From: Psammoneis japonica
Lineage: Eukaryota
Reading direction: 5' to 3'
NCBI GenBank assembly: GCA_008632985.1
Contig: QPGO01000096.1
Span: 1-64,000, forward strand
DNA length: 64,000 nucleotides
A program made the translations under genes and the position numbers. Below the pieces are notes generated by a model. The model was given only the letters and a program-made list of their open reading frames with translations. It did not search any database and was not told the origin of the DNA. This document shows, in pieces, positions 49,001 through 61,454 of this stretch. Every line of letters starts with the position of its first letter. Position 1 is the stretch's first letter.

Positions 49001-51548
49001 CTTTCGGAATCCTATCAAGACTCGCGAAACTAGACTGTCTAGAAATCGGTTTGCCGGAGGAGCTCTTGCTGCTTTCTTCCTCGTCATCTTCGTCCTCCTC
49101 GTCCGAATCTTTCATTACGAGTTGTCTGTACAATTCTTCGTAGAGTCTCCGAATGTCCTTTTCTCCGAGAGGAGCACGACCGAGCTGTACCCATGCAATC
49201 CCATCCGAGAAGCGTTCTCTAACTTCTACAGTCTGAATGGCGGCAACAGCTAGTGTCGTTTTCCCGTTTCCTGGCTTGTCGCCGTGCCGTGATGTAATGG
49301 AGGTAATGAATGTGTTTGTTGGAACCTCTTCATCCATATCTCTTGGTCCAGCTCCGCTCCGTTCCAACAAGCAGCTCACAACTTGCTTCATTAGACGATG
49401 GCGGTGAATATATTCCGGCGGGAGTTTGGGAACAGAGGTGGGAATATCTGCCTTGGGTTGCCAATTTGGTTTCAAAGCTGCCAAGTCACTACAGAATTCA
49501 AAACGCAAACAAACAAAGAGTGTCAGCGCATGAATACATCAAAAGCATAGCTCGGACAACGCATATGGGGGCATACCTATCTACAGTGGATCCAGCACTG
49601 GCTCCTTCCTTGGTTCGATTAACTTTTCAACACGCAATCCTCGAATCACATCCACAAGTTCATCCTTGGGTTCCATTGGCTTGACAGGCGCCAGTTGCTG
49701 TTTCGGAGGAGGAGCCGGTGCAGGCATTCCCATCTTGTTGACCTGCGGCGATTCGTTCGCCGCCAATGATCGCTGCAGCATTGCCAAGTTTCCCTGAGTA
49801 ACGGGTGCCGTCACGGCAGAGTATCCATCCTCGGCAGCCACCGCATCCGGTTGCGCTGTTCCCTTGCCTCGCTTTTTCGCAATGCGGGGTTGGTGTGGCG
49901 CGTCGTGCCCTGACTCGTCCAGCGCTCGGGAGCAGCTGTCGACCACGAGAAAACATGCCCGAGCGGCCACTCGTGGACGATGCACTCGTGGAAGCCGAAG
50001 TGACGCTTTCGTCGTCCGTCTCGTCTCGAGCGGAGCGGCTATCGGCAACCGCCCCCACAGCCTTTTCCACCTTGGCATTCCACGATTTCATTTGGGCAAT
50101 CTCCTTGGTTTCAATAGGTTGGACGAGACGGATGAATAGAGTGTATCGTCTCTCGCGGCGAACCAGCATGGCTTCTAGTATTTTGTTGCACTTCTTAATA
50201 ACGTCCCGAAGACACTTGAACGTAGTGTCGTCCTTTAGTGCACCGCGTGTGGCAGTGTCGATGCTACTTCGTCTACAAGAGCAAGAAGCTGTACATAATT
50301 GAAAGTGAGGTACCTCATACGTATAAATGTAAGTACAGGATGCAAACCAATCACAGGAATGATACTTACAAAGTCGATATTTCCCATAAATTCCCACAAT
50401 ACCATGCGACCTTCAAATTCTTCAGTCGGCATCTTTGGTTGTCCCTCAACTTGTTCTTCTGGTTTCGTCGGTGTCTCACCCACGGCAGCATATGCATCCT
50501 TAACACCCACTGCCAACTCATGGAAGAGCTTGAGATTGGAGGGCGCCTTACGAGGCAGCTTTGAAGTCGACCCAGGAGCCTTTTGATTGTAATAAGCATC
50601 AGACCGACACGATGTGACAGCAACCAAAATAGGCTTAATCTCCTCCGTGTTCTTTCTAGAACGAGATCGAGACCGTGATCTGGATGCGGATCGAATCCTC
50701 TGTACAATACCAGGCCGCGGCGGTCTTGATCCGTTGCTTGCCGATGAATTCGATTTGACCGGCGTTTCTTCGCTACCAAACGAGACATTATCATCCAACG
50801 ACGAGTATCGATGTACCGTTTCTCTCCCACGTGCCGTATCAGGTCGTACTTTGTTCTTAATAGGCGCCGAGTTAGATCGATTGGAAGACGAAAGAGAGGC
50901 TGACGAAGAAGAAATCGATGACACTTCTGCTTTTGCCGATGATTCTTGCGCTGCATCGTCTCTCTTTTCTAGCGTTTCTTGCTGCCGTTGGAACTCTTCT
51001 TACGAAAGAGTCCTCTTCGCTTGCTCGAACTGTTGCTGGGCATGGTTGCTGATTTACTCGCCATTCTGTTTGTCATGGGCGTTGCGAACTTTCCTCCACG
51101 TTTTCTGCGAGCAGCCTCTAAAAGTTCAGGCGATATGAAGCTTCGACTCTGCGCCGTCACGTTCTCGAGCTTCTCCAATACAAATTCCTCGTCAGAGCTG
51201 TCGTCCTCACTATTCAACGACGACTGTTGCTCAACAGATTGATTTGATTCAACGCTGTGTTCCTTCAGAAAACGTCGATCAGGCGATGCTTGCTGTCGCG
51301 AGGATGATCTCAACAAGTCCGACTCTGATCCGTTACGCAACGATGATTCTTCGTCTCGATAATTGATAACACGAGCTTCTCTGGCATCCAACACGTCTCT
51401 ACACTTTGCTCTGCCCTCTTCTCATGCAACACAACAACAACGTCGTCGTCCTCCTCCGCTTGTGGTGTCGTCGTCTTTGGTCGTGACCGCACAACAACAC
51501 ACGATGGTCACTCTCGGCTCGCGTACAACCGGTAGCAATGCCACTCAT
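46078..51548 (-). CDS. NLR-like STAND protein: low-complexity N-terminus, helical (MLKL/CC-like) domain, NB-ARC and TPR repeats; start uncertain
   Basis: P-loop GDKPGNGKTTLA, Walker B VLICLDDVW, RNBS-B ILLTTR, GLPL-like CGNSPLAVRIAG. Kinesin-light-chain-type TPRs (LGPFHIEVARSL, YGEANASVAKAINSYA). Introns 50289..50369, 49489..49576 and 47866..47950; several frameshifts. Confidence 0.85.
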
Positions 51549-52377
51549 TCGTCTCGTGTATGGTGAAAAAATTCGCACTCTGATCTATTGTATGGGAGAT
51601 TCAAGTCTTGGGACCCTTAAGCTATATAAATAAACTAGAAATGGAAATATTTATGCTTTCTTCAATAACGTAGCTTGAACAAATGCAACAGTCAAAATTT
51701 GATTTGATTTTTCAAAATATAAACGTCTTTGATAATGGATAACAGATGTGATCGGACAAACGCTCGCTCACAAAAAAAAGGGCCTGGTTGACGGCACCAA
51801 CGGTTCAATTTTTGTGAGTCAGTACGGTTCACAATGGCGCACCTTTGATACTTCAACTACTGTAGACGATGGTCGTTGCAAGGATATCAAAAAGAAAGTG
51901 TCGTAAATCAGTAACGCCGTCGTATAGTAACTTTTAAGTTGTCGTTAGAGATCAGTAGGCTTCTTTGATCGTCTCAAAGCTTTTTTGTCTCAATCTCACA
52001 CGAACAAGTCGTTGTTCAGACCATAAAGTTATCGAAACAATTTTGAGAAGCACTGAGTAGTAGAATAGTGCTTGCATGATACATGATCAAATCGTTTTGG
52101 CAGCGAAAAGGACGCCATCGTGGACGCTGTTGCGGAGTATTTTCGTCAGTTGGAGTCTCATTCATATATTCAAGTATGAATAATGAACATTCCTGAATGA
52201 TTTCGCTCATCGTCTGCCTGTCTTGCGTCCGACAGATCGCGTTCACTTTTTCAGCGAGCGACACCTGTTGCTTTTCCCAAAGATATGTTACTCCTGCTAC
52301 AGTACCGCATTGTTGTTTGTTGTGCAACGATTCTTCCCAAATAGAGCAATCGATAACGAAAAGAATTAGCAAGAGCA

Positions 52378-52727
52378 ATGACTGCTGACGAATTCATTTG
52401 GAAGGAAAACTCAAAAACCATGTACGACAAGGTAGGTTGTAAAATTGTTCTTGTCATTTGTGCTCTTTTCCACCTTTCACCCACTCAAAACCCAATTCGC
52501 CAATCGTCTTAATAAAACCATGTACGACAAGGTGTGTGCAGCTCCGCCCTTTTTTGTACGCCACTTTACGAGAACGCTATAAACAAGGGGCTTCGTGCAA
52601 GAATTGTGGAGATGTTACCGAGGCAATCATGTATGATGTCGTCAAGGAAGTCACGCCAAAAGCTTTTCTGGAAGACACACTCAAGATTCTCGATGAAAAC
52701 AGGACGACACCAGTAGCTGAGGAGTAG
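52378..52727 (+). CDS. Small protein resembling PCP_red / DUF2621-like helical domains; 2 exons
   Basis: Splicing out 52432..52531 and restoring two single A's gives MTADEFIWKENSKTMYDKVCAAPPFFVRHFTRNAINKGLRAKNCGDVTEAIMYDVVKEVTPKAF..., matching the W...PFFVR...VTE..M pattern. Confidence 0.55.
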
Positions 52728-52848
52728 GAAGTTTGTTGTGGAGCGACTGAGGTTTGCATCACCACTATTCTAGAAACGGCATTGTCCTACTTTATCTACA
52801 GTACCACAATTGTTACAGACGCGTTGCGTGCAGAACGAGCATACTCGC

Positions 52849-54173
52849 TTACTTCTCATGAGGTTTCTTCTTTCTCATTTTGGCCTCCAGCTCAGAAAAG
52901 ATTCCAGCACAAGCCATGCAATACCAGACCACCCAGTAGCGGACAAACTGTGGCCCTTGAGAAAGATGGAAAGCAACACGGAAAATACTTTTCTCGTGGT
53001 AGTAATGGTGGCCAACACAAGCGGATCAAAGTTGGCAATCGTGAAAAAGATAAACGACTGGCCAATGGCACTGCACATGGAAAACTTGATAATTTTCGAC
53101 ATGATTTCTGGGTTTTCCGAACAAAACGATATTCCAGAGGCAACCTCCCCGAGAGCTCCGGCAATCACAACTGCGGTCAAGCACATGAAGAGGTTGGTCC
53201 AAAACATAAAGTCATAAGGCTTTGGCTTGACGCCAGCCTTGGCTGTTTCCACCTTGAGCCGTTTTTGAAAGCCAGCCGTCACGCCATCCAACACGAGACT
53301 CGCGCAAATGTAGGCAACGCCCATGACGGAGTTGCTCGCGCCCGAACCAGACTTTTTCTTGCCCATACTAACGATAGCGGTTCCCATAATGATGGCTGCG
53401 ACTTGAAGGTATTCACGCACCGTGTACGTGGCACCTCCCAGAAGAAGAGATCCAGCCATGACGGGTGCCATCTTTCCGCTCTTGGCCAATGTCGCCACGG
53501 GAAAGCTAAGTCCATTGGCCAGAGCAAGAGACGTGCATGCCTTGGCCGATACCTGCGCCGCACCCGAAATACCAAACATGCGTTTCGGAATGCCCGCCGT
53601 GGGACCCGAGAGTTGCATCCCCAAGAATCCAACAATTACATTTGCCATTGCTTCCAATACTTGCAGGAACCATGCTTGTTTAAAGGTAGATCCGTCTTGT
53701 GCCGTGTACCGAAAGACGTCTTCTTGGAGTGAACCATAGTAAAGAAATGCGCCGTAGATACCACCAGCTCCAATGAGGAGCTTGACAGAATCTGGGAGGC
53801 CTGTTTTTTCTGCTGCAACCGCAGTTGTCATTGCTGTACTTCCGCCTGGATTTAAGGGAGGAAGACCACCACCACCACCGTTTGAAGAGGAGTCTTCGTT
53901 TGTCTGTTTCGTCAGTGCTACTGTTGACGGAAGAGCTGATGGTGGGAGAGGACCAAAATAAGGAAAGTGCGAACAACAGAAAGGGTAGAAAAAAATAAAG
54001 AAGTTCACGAAGACTCACCTGATTTGGGCTGGTGGCGAATCGAGAGACACCGGCGGGTTATTGGATTGAACTGTAGCTGCGGCACTAGCTGAAGAAGCAG
54101 AAGTTTCTGTAGTTGCAGACAAAAAGAGTACAAGAACGAAAGCAATCAATTTGAAAGGATGGAACTGCGGCAT
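52849..54173 (-). CDS. SLC35B1/HUT1-like nucleotide-sugar (UAA family) transporter
   Basis: GIYGAFLYYGSLQE, SFPVATLAKSGKMAPVM, SLVLDGVTAGFQ, GQSFIF and ITTTRKVFSVLLS. Probable intron 53936..54018; frameshifts near both ends. Confidence 0.88.
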
Positions 54174-54584
54174 GTGAAACTGAAGCTGCTGATACTGCTC
54201 TCAAAATGGTTTCGGGAGTTTACCCAACACCGCAAGCAGAGACTCGAGTAGAGGTTTGGATGTCGCCCCCGCTTCGAACAACCATGAGATTGAAGATTGC
54301 TCACTGCTCACCTCTCGCATCGGCAAAAAACGCCGCAGTCGCACAAACACGCACGTGCGGTGGGTCGATCGCGGTGGTCATTTTCGCGCGCTTTTTTTAT
54401 TCCACGTGTTTGGGTGCATCAGCGCAACGGTTATGAGTTGCCGAAGGAGAGAACGAAGATAAAGGAAAAGAATAAAGCATCGAAAGAACGCAACGGAATG
54501 GCCAGTAACGCCGTGAGTGTTTGTTATTTGGTGAAGCGGCTGTTACAGATAGTGCGGGAGCAAGTTGAAATTCAAATTTTAAAA

Positions 54585-54961
54585 ATGGGATCAAATCAGA
54601 GTAGCACGACGACACGACCAGAATCGTCTTCGGGCGCAAATAATGTTGTGTCAAATAATAGCGACCCTGCAATAAGACGAATCGTGATGCAGACAAACCA
54701 CAAACAAAATTGACTGGGTTTGCTCTTGTACAGAAACAATGTCGAAAACACAAAAGAAAATACGACAAGTGCTATGCATCGTGGTACAGTGGTAGTTTTG
54801 TTTCTGGAAAGGACGTCAACTCTCGGCAAGAATCATGCGATGACTTATTTGACGAATGGAGGGAATGTATCCTTCTTGGAATGAATCGAGATCGCAAAGA
54901 ACGTGGTTTGGGTCCACCTTCCGAAGATAGCATTCTGGGCGAAGTGGCAGATGAAGAGTGA
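54585..54961 (+). CDS. TRIAP1/Mdm35-like twin CX9C protein
   Basis: CRKHKRKYDKCYASWY...CDDLFDEWRECI. The N-terminal MGSNQS part is joined by a frameshift near 54690. Confidence 0.75.
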
Positions 54962-55373
54962 ATAAAGAAGGAGTCAGAACTCTCTCTCTCTCCCAGGCAG
55001 GTGTTGGACTCGTAGATTTATCAAGGACCGCGAGTGTCGCTTTCTTGGGCAGCTTTCGGGCTGCCTGGGAGCTCGGGTTTCGTTCCAAGTTCAAGTCTTT
55101 GAAAGAGTTGTACTATGCTTACACTGCCGCTGAGAGCAATCGATGAGAATTGAACATGCGAGCGGTACCGTAGTCTAGGCAGGGATGGGTTCGGATATCC
55201 AAAGTCTTCACTCAGCAGCTCCAAGCGAGAGTATCCATCAAGTACCAATATGCTAATTGAAGCCAATCAGGGAAATGCTTTCCATAGTAGTGCTTTTGGA
55301 ACAAACATCATTGATGCCTACAGTGGCTTTTTTCTCAAGAACTATTGGACGAAAGAATGACCGTTTTGACGCG

Positions 55374-56751
55374 CTACTCCTTCGCCGTAGTCCTACACAA
55401 TAGTCTGCCGTTGGATTCTTCAAGAAAACTACAAGGTCGACGTGACTTGTGGCATTTCACGTGAAGGGTTACCGGTTTGGGAAACAAAAAGGAAGATGGC
55501 TCGCAACAGTTTGGTTTGGATTTCTCTTCCTCTGCCAACTCGCACCTCGAACATGCTTTACTCTGACAATAACAAAAAGTACAGCACCACCACTCTGATA
55601 CATGATGATGCATTTCTTCGCCGACCCTACACGGCTGAGTCTTGGCCGTCATGTTCAACAACAATTGCGGCAGAGCATGCTTTGCCAGAGATTTCTGAAA
55701 GCCCTCCTCCTCCCAACCCTTCAGAAACGCAAACCTCTTTTCAACACATCATCGTGCGAAGAGTGCATGAAATGCACCGTGTGCAGTTCAAATGCCACTG
55801 TGTGTGTCCTGCTGCAATAGTGTTCTCGGCTTTCAGAGCTTGAAGAATGTGATGGCAGCAGGGAGGAAGCTCGGCTCGTCCCACCCATAACCCCCGTCTA
55901 GGTTCGTGACTTTGAATTGCATTTGTTGGTACCTCGGCACTGTTGAGAAGCCTTTGCAGACGAAACTTGGGTCGGCGGTGAGAGAAGGCCGGGATTTTTT
56001 TTTCGGGCGTCAAAAGTTGAATAGAACTTTGTCACAAAGCATGCTGAATGCCACGGCTTCCCAAGTCCTGAAAGCTTCACTGCTTTCATCATACTCGGAA
56101 CGAGTAAATACGTCGCATGTGGTCGATCCTGCTCGAGCATGTAATCGATTCTGATATTTTTGGTTGCGGGCTATTGGTTCTGTAAAAAATGAACATAGGT
56201 TTGCCGATGCAACACAATGATTTCAGTCGAAGCTATCCCCTGAAGAAGTAATGGCGATTGCCTACCAGTCGGGACATGCTCACACCGGTTCTAACTTTGG
56301 GGCTCTTTAGGTAAAGGTGACGATCAATCTGGAGACGGGGGTTGTAAAGGTGGCGATCAATCTGGAGACGGGGGTTGTTCGGGCTCAATTTGCATTGGTA
56401 GGAGAATGATGCACCCAATCTGAGATATAAAGCGTCAACGTTGCAATTCGCGAACCTCGTAGAAACTGGGCTTGTTTGACGGCATGCAATGACGGACATC
56501 TTTCTATCGTGGGAACATCTTGATGCGAATACATCAGAAAATCCTTCGCCAGATATTGAGGCTGATGATCAATCCATACTTTCTTTCCCCTGGAAGTATG
56601 GCCACTCCGCTAGCATGCGGACTCCATCCCGTTGACTGTTCTCAGAGGCCGTGGACATACCGGCAGCAAACCAAGTACCGTACATAGTATTCGCTCTGTC
56701 GCAATAGCTATCCCCGTGCCATCTGTACCAGTTTGGTTCAAAATCCATCAT
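55374..56751 (-). pseudogene. Disrupted unidentified gene relic with local TpA depletion
   Basis: Chain of short minus-strand ORFs with stops. No TA seen between about 55630 and 55817. Confidence 0.3.
56311..56376. repeat. 33-bp tandem duplication
   Basis: gtaaaggtg(a/g)cgatcaatctggagacgggggtt x2, one mismatch. Confidence 0.95.
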
Positions 56752-57312
56752 ATTCAGGACTAGTCAGTAACTAGTTCTAGAGTAGAGAGTGAGTGGTGGC
56801 CTACAGTATGCTAAAACGAGAGAGAGGGGGAATAAATTGAAAATGTGACTGAGAACTGAGAGGCGACGACGACTCCAACTCGTTTCAAAACTCAAACTGA
56901 CGTAATCATTGATATTCATCTTTTTATTTTATATTTGAAGAATACAAAATCTTCATTCTTTATTACCAATATGGACCAAATATTTCAAAATTACTATCAA
57001 ATTCCAACTCAAACTGATCGTGAAATTTCTTTAGCTTGATCAATGAATACTGATGATTTCAGTTCGTGAGTCTTGGCTTGGTTTTTTTGTTGTTGCATGA
57101 AATTCGCGTCGCGGTTACTCATGACACGAAACGATTACCAACAGCGCTACATTACAATTATCTCATAACATTTCCCGCTTGCAACACTCTTCCATATTGA
57201 AAGCTCTACAGTTTGAATTATCGAAACACTTGACGTGGGAGACAACGACGGTGCCGTCAAAGCCGAGTATTGATAGATCACATTTCACATTTCAGATTTT
57301 CGTCGAGTAGGT

Positions 57313-59043
57313 ATGAGAAGCAGGCAACAGCGACGAGTGACCCCGCCGTCTTCGACATCTTCCCGTCGTGTTCCACGCTTTTCGCCATCACCAGATTCGA
57401 AAGATTCGTCGGCTTCATCCTATGCCAGTTCCTCGCCACAGCCTAACTCGCCAGATGCCAGAATTTTCAAAGGAGCCGAGATTTTGCGCTCCGAGCTCTT
57501 TTCACCCAAAGGAGACTTATGGTCTGTGTCAGAATCGAATCACAGCTTCAATGACGACAACTGGAGCGATCCTTGGTCAGTTCCAGAAGGACATTTCATG
57601 ACATCGAGTTTTCATACGTCTGTAAGTACGGGTAGCAGTCGCTCACAAGAAGCTGCCGTTGTCAGCTCTTCGGATTCTTCCGACACGTCTCCTGCAACGA
57701 GCAGTACTTGGAATCGCCGTAGTAGTCAGAAAAAGCATCGAGAAGCGGCTCTGCTACATTCGCCTGATGCGTACGAACCCTCGCCAGCTACGAGCAGTAC
57801 TTGGAATAGTTTTAGCAGTCAGAAAAAACAACAGCGCAAGTCATTGCCGATCGATGAAGATGGGGTACTGACGGATGAACAGTCATCCGTCTCCTCTCAC
57901 GAGGACCCCTCCATGCATCTGCCACCGCGTCGACGATCAACTCTCGCAGCATCACAGGACAACTCTGTAGTCTCTTCAGATTCTGAGCCACCGCCGCCAC
58001 CAGCAAGACCGCCACCAGAGCCATCATTGGATGATTTTTCGGAGTTTGGGTCGGTACGAACTGATGATACACCAACCACTACTATGGGCCGTGATAGCAG
58101 CCTTCGATTTAAAACTGTCACTTATCTCGTGGAGTCCAGCTTGGATGAATTGACCGTCGACGACGAGAATGATGACGCCTTGTTTGATGATGCACGTGAC
58201 CAGGACGATTGTGATCAAGAAGTCGAGATTCACGTGGAGAAGTCGGGATACGTCCCGTCAAAGTACCACAATGAGAGGGGCGGCAGTTTGCGTTCTGCTT
58301 CGTCATCAAAATATTCTTCGACTTCTCTTGGTTCAACCTTTATGAAAGAGTATGCGAAACTGCGGAAAGATCCTGCATATGTACATGCCCGGAATGCCGG
58401 TGTGGCTTGGCAAACACTCGTGGGTCAGCATGTGAAGTTTCCAAAGACTTGGTGGGACGGAGCACGGGGTCCTTCTTTGGGTATGGAAGATGCTTCTGGT
58501 AAATATTGGCAATACATTGCTCGACATCGAGTCTTTGGCAATGAGGCTCTCAAAGCTCACGTCAGAACTCGAAGTTCCTGTGGACGGCTTTTGCTGCACA
58601 TTATTGTTAGAGATCTCTTGACATTTGTTCCACTCCAAGATATTGTCGTCGGTTGTCTTCATCCCAACGCCCGCGGCATCCGGGAAACTCCTCGACCCAA
58701 AATGAGCGATGAAGACTGCAGGGAGGTTTGGATGGCCATTCGAAAACGACCTGCCGCTCTCGACAAAAACGCGGCGCCATCTTTGATTGATCCACTCTTG
58801 ACAAGGGGTTATGATGTGGACGAAATTGCAAACGACTCACCGCTTGGGAGTAAGCGGAAAGTCAACAATACCAACATGAGAGCGGTGTTTGGGGAAAAAC
58901 CGCCTGTTGATACACTCTTTATAAACGAGTCGGAGCTTTACGAACGATTGATTACAGCGGAGGAATTGGATTCGTTTGCTGCTCCGGCTCTTGTTCTTTT
59001 GCAAGAATTCCTACATTCAGGGTTAGCTAGCAAAGCTTTATAG
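57313..59043 (+). CDS. Uncharacterised protein with Ser-rich disordered N-half and globular C-terminal domain
   Basis: Intact 576-aa ORF. Internal repeat SPATSSTWNxxSSQKK x2. The C-terminal half has normal globular composition. Confidence 0.8.
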   Translation: MRSRQQRRVTPPSSTSSRRVPRFSPSPDSKDSSASSYASSSPQPNSPDARIFKGAEILRSELFSPKGDLWSVSESNHSFNDDNWSDPWSVPEGHFMTSSFHTSVSTGSSRSQEAAVVSSSDSSDTSPATSSTWNRRSSQKKHREAALLHSPDAYEPSPATSSTWNSFSSQKKQQRKSLPIDEDGVLTDEQSSVSSHEDPSMHLPPRRRSTLAASQDNSVVSSDSEPPPPPARPPPEPSLDDFSEFGSVRTDDTPTTTMGRDSSLRFKTVTYLVESSLDELTVDDENDDALFDDARDQDDCDQEVEIHVEKSGYVPSKYHNERGGSLRSASSSKYSSTSLGSTFMKEYAKLRKDPAYVHARNAGVAWQTLVGQHVKFPKTWWDGARGPSLGMEDASGKYWQYIARHRVFGNEALKAHVRTRSSCGRLLLHIIVRDLLTFVPLQDIVVGCLHPNARGIRETPRPKMSDEDCREVWMAIRKRPAALDKNAAPSLIDPLLTRGYDVDEIANDSPLGSKRKVNNTNMRAVFGEKPPVDTLFINESELYERLITAEELDSFAAPALVLLQEFLHSGLASKAL

Positions 59044-59179
59044 TTCCTGCTCATTACTACTCACGCCGAATGCACCATGCGTTTGCAAAATCATTTGTCA
59101 AGCCATCGACTTGTTTCTCCGTGGATCCGCATTTCATTTTTTCGAATGAGTAGTAGATTGTGTTACAATAACAGGCGTT

Positions 59180-59690
59180 AAGAGGTTCGCCCAGCCGCCA
59201 TCACCAAGAGGAAACGAAGGAAGACCAAATTGGCATTGGTCGCGGCAAAGCATGACTCCGTACCCAAGGTACGCCTGGAAACAAGATGGACTTCAAAGAG
59301 AGACGAGAAATATGATTTTGCAGTCGTGAGGTAATTCTCACATCGAAACATGGACATCGGAGAAAGGCTTGGATATTCTGGGTTGCGTAACGTAAGACCA
59401 ACTCAAGAGGCTCGAATCTCGATCAATGTTCCAACACTGGCTTTCCTATCGACGAGGTCTGAGTCTCCTGAGGAAACTTTGAAAGGTGGACAAGCTTTTG
59501 CGGCCGTGTGTTTGGCCATTCATGGTCAATGACTGGGGGTGAATTGAGAGTCGACCACACCTGCGATACCTTCGCGGGTCACTCGGGTAGTAGCTTGATT
59601 GATACGGAAGACTATGTCAATGCCGTGCATGTTGCTCGTTAATCTGACGTCTCTGGAAATATTGCTGTGCTGCTCAACCGCTTTCTCAAT
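59180..59690 (+). pseudogene. Fragment of a trypsin-like (V8/glutamyl endopeptidase-type) serine protease
   Basis: DEKYDFAVVR*...IGERLGYSGL and later HTCDTFAGHSGSSLIDTEDYVNAVHVAR*...NIAV (catalytic Asp and GxSGS regions). In-frame stops; the catalytic His region is not seen. Confidence 0.6.
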
Positions 59691-59900
59691 ACCATGTAGT
59701 GCGCTGGAGTGGTCGTTCGTAGTTACTCTGATATCATATGCACTCTGGAAACAATGATCACGGGAAATAGCAGCTGAAGAGTTGAAATCCCTCTAATCCG
59801 AGGAGAAAGATGACTTAGGGCGTAGCAACTGGTTCGAGATATGTAATTTTAGGATATGTTTACAAACGTGTGTTGCTGTGAGTTCAAGTACAGTCCAAGG

Positions 59901-61310
59901 CTAGAGGCAAACGGTGATCACCAGAGACAATCCAACCACGACAAAAATAACTGTGTGCGTCACAAGTACTAGCGGTGGCAGGAGTGATGGACAAGATGAT
60001 GCCTGCGTTGGCGATATTGTTGGAAAACTAGAGCTCTTTGCTGCTGCGTTGGGGTGATCTCCGGAATTAAGTAGAGATGGTGCCAGTGTCGAAGGCTGCG
60101 TCGGAGAAGCGGTTGGTACTCGGGTTGGTGCTGCGGTGGGTTCCAGAGTTACTGGCATCGAGCTTGGTGTACGAGTTGGTGACGCTGACGAGTCGAAATT
60201 TTGATACGGCGGGCAATCGATAACTTGAGCCGGGTCATCATAGTCCATCGTGGTGTATATCATGGGAGGAAGGCATCCATCGCATTCAGATATTTGCAAT
60301 GTTTGGTCACCATCCGGTGTCCATGCAATGGTTTCAATTTGACCGGTTTCACCCGACGAAAAGCCATTGGACCAGTCAAAGCAAGTGTTCGCCCCGCCGG
60401 TCAAAGACTCAGCGACACTAGTTCCAGGACACCTTGGAAACAAATGGATTCGTTTGGTGCTTCTCAGTGCAATGAGAGTACCATCCAGAAGCATATCGGC
60501 CCCGGTCCATACCTCACGCAATAAATCCCCGCCTCTATTGTAAACTCCAACAGCAGAGGGAGAGTAAACAGACGTTACATCTTCCCATGCCGATGCAGGG
60601 ATGCGAAACAATCGAGCTTTTGAGGATTCGTCCTTTGTAAACTTGGTGACAATGTACACATCGCCAATTTCGTTCCCATCTCCCCATCCTGTGTGGTCGA
60701 GAAAAATGGCTTCAGAGTTGGCGAATCGTGTTGGTGACAATTCATGCAGATAATCATATTCTAAGACCATGACCTCAGATGGAGGGATTTCGTCATTGTC
60801 GTTCACATCTTGAAGAATTGGCTCGGGAAACTTGATGATTCGGCAGTTGTCTCCTCCTCGCCTTGAGTTTGTACCACCCGAGTTCATTGCCCAATTATCA
60901 CCAACATCGCCTATATAAATGCAAGTCTGACTCACGTTGCTCCGTCAACAGGATCCTATTGCAATTGATTCCCAATCGGTTGCTACAGGCACTGCACTAT
61001 CGAGTTTCAGGGTCGCCAGACGTTGTCCTGTTGAAGAATCGAAAATCCCCAATCTGCTCCCGCCGCCGGAGTCATTTTGGCCATACAGCAGTGGAGCACC
61101 AGTAGCTGGAGAACGTTGAAACGGCGACATTGCTAGACCGGATATCTCAGTAAAGCTCTGGCCATTTGGATCCTGAGGCTGCAGACGATTGTTCATGTTG
61201 ATTGACCCTTTCCTCGGGCAAATCAGCTCGCTGCCCGAGGCGCTGCACAGCATTAACGACAAAAGTACAAGGAAAAGACATCGGCTCGTGGACCAAAATC
61301 GAAGCACCAT
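59901..61310 (-). CDS. Secreted/surface-anchored beta-propeller-like protein with Ser/Thr/Pro stalk and hydrophobic C-terminus
   Basis: Signal peptide; EISGLA, NDSGG, DWESIAIG, YIGDVGDN, YIVTK and TGADM..DG..IALR. PTAAPT stalk; terminal hydrophobic (GPI/TM-like) segment. Frameshift near 60940. Confidence 0.75.
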
Positions 61311-61454
61311 GGTTGAGGTTTGAACAGGTATGACTATCGTACCGGCGGTGAGATCATCGGGCTCATGTCAATTTTTGCGGATTTGAAGCGTTGATGCGGG
61401 GCGCGTTGAATTTGAAATTTGATAATAATTTGTATTCGTAGCAATGGATTTTAT

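Noticed and set aside
52782..53732. 316-aa plus-strand ORF
   Set aside because: Antisense shadow of the SLC35B1-like transporter.
56311..56376. CRISPR-like repeat
   Set aside because: Two adjacent copies with no spacer, in a eukaryotic context with no cas genes.
7702..61310. Frameshifts in many genes (aguA, prfC, bL9, PPOX, NLR, transporters) read as pseudogenisation or programmed frameshifting
   Set aside because: Those I traced are mostly single missing bases in short homopolymers, and they affect essential genes whose motifs are otherwise intact. This is typical of unpolished long-read consensus error.
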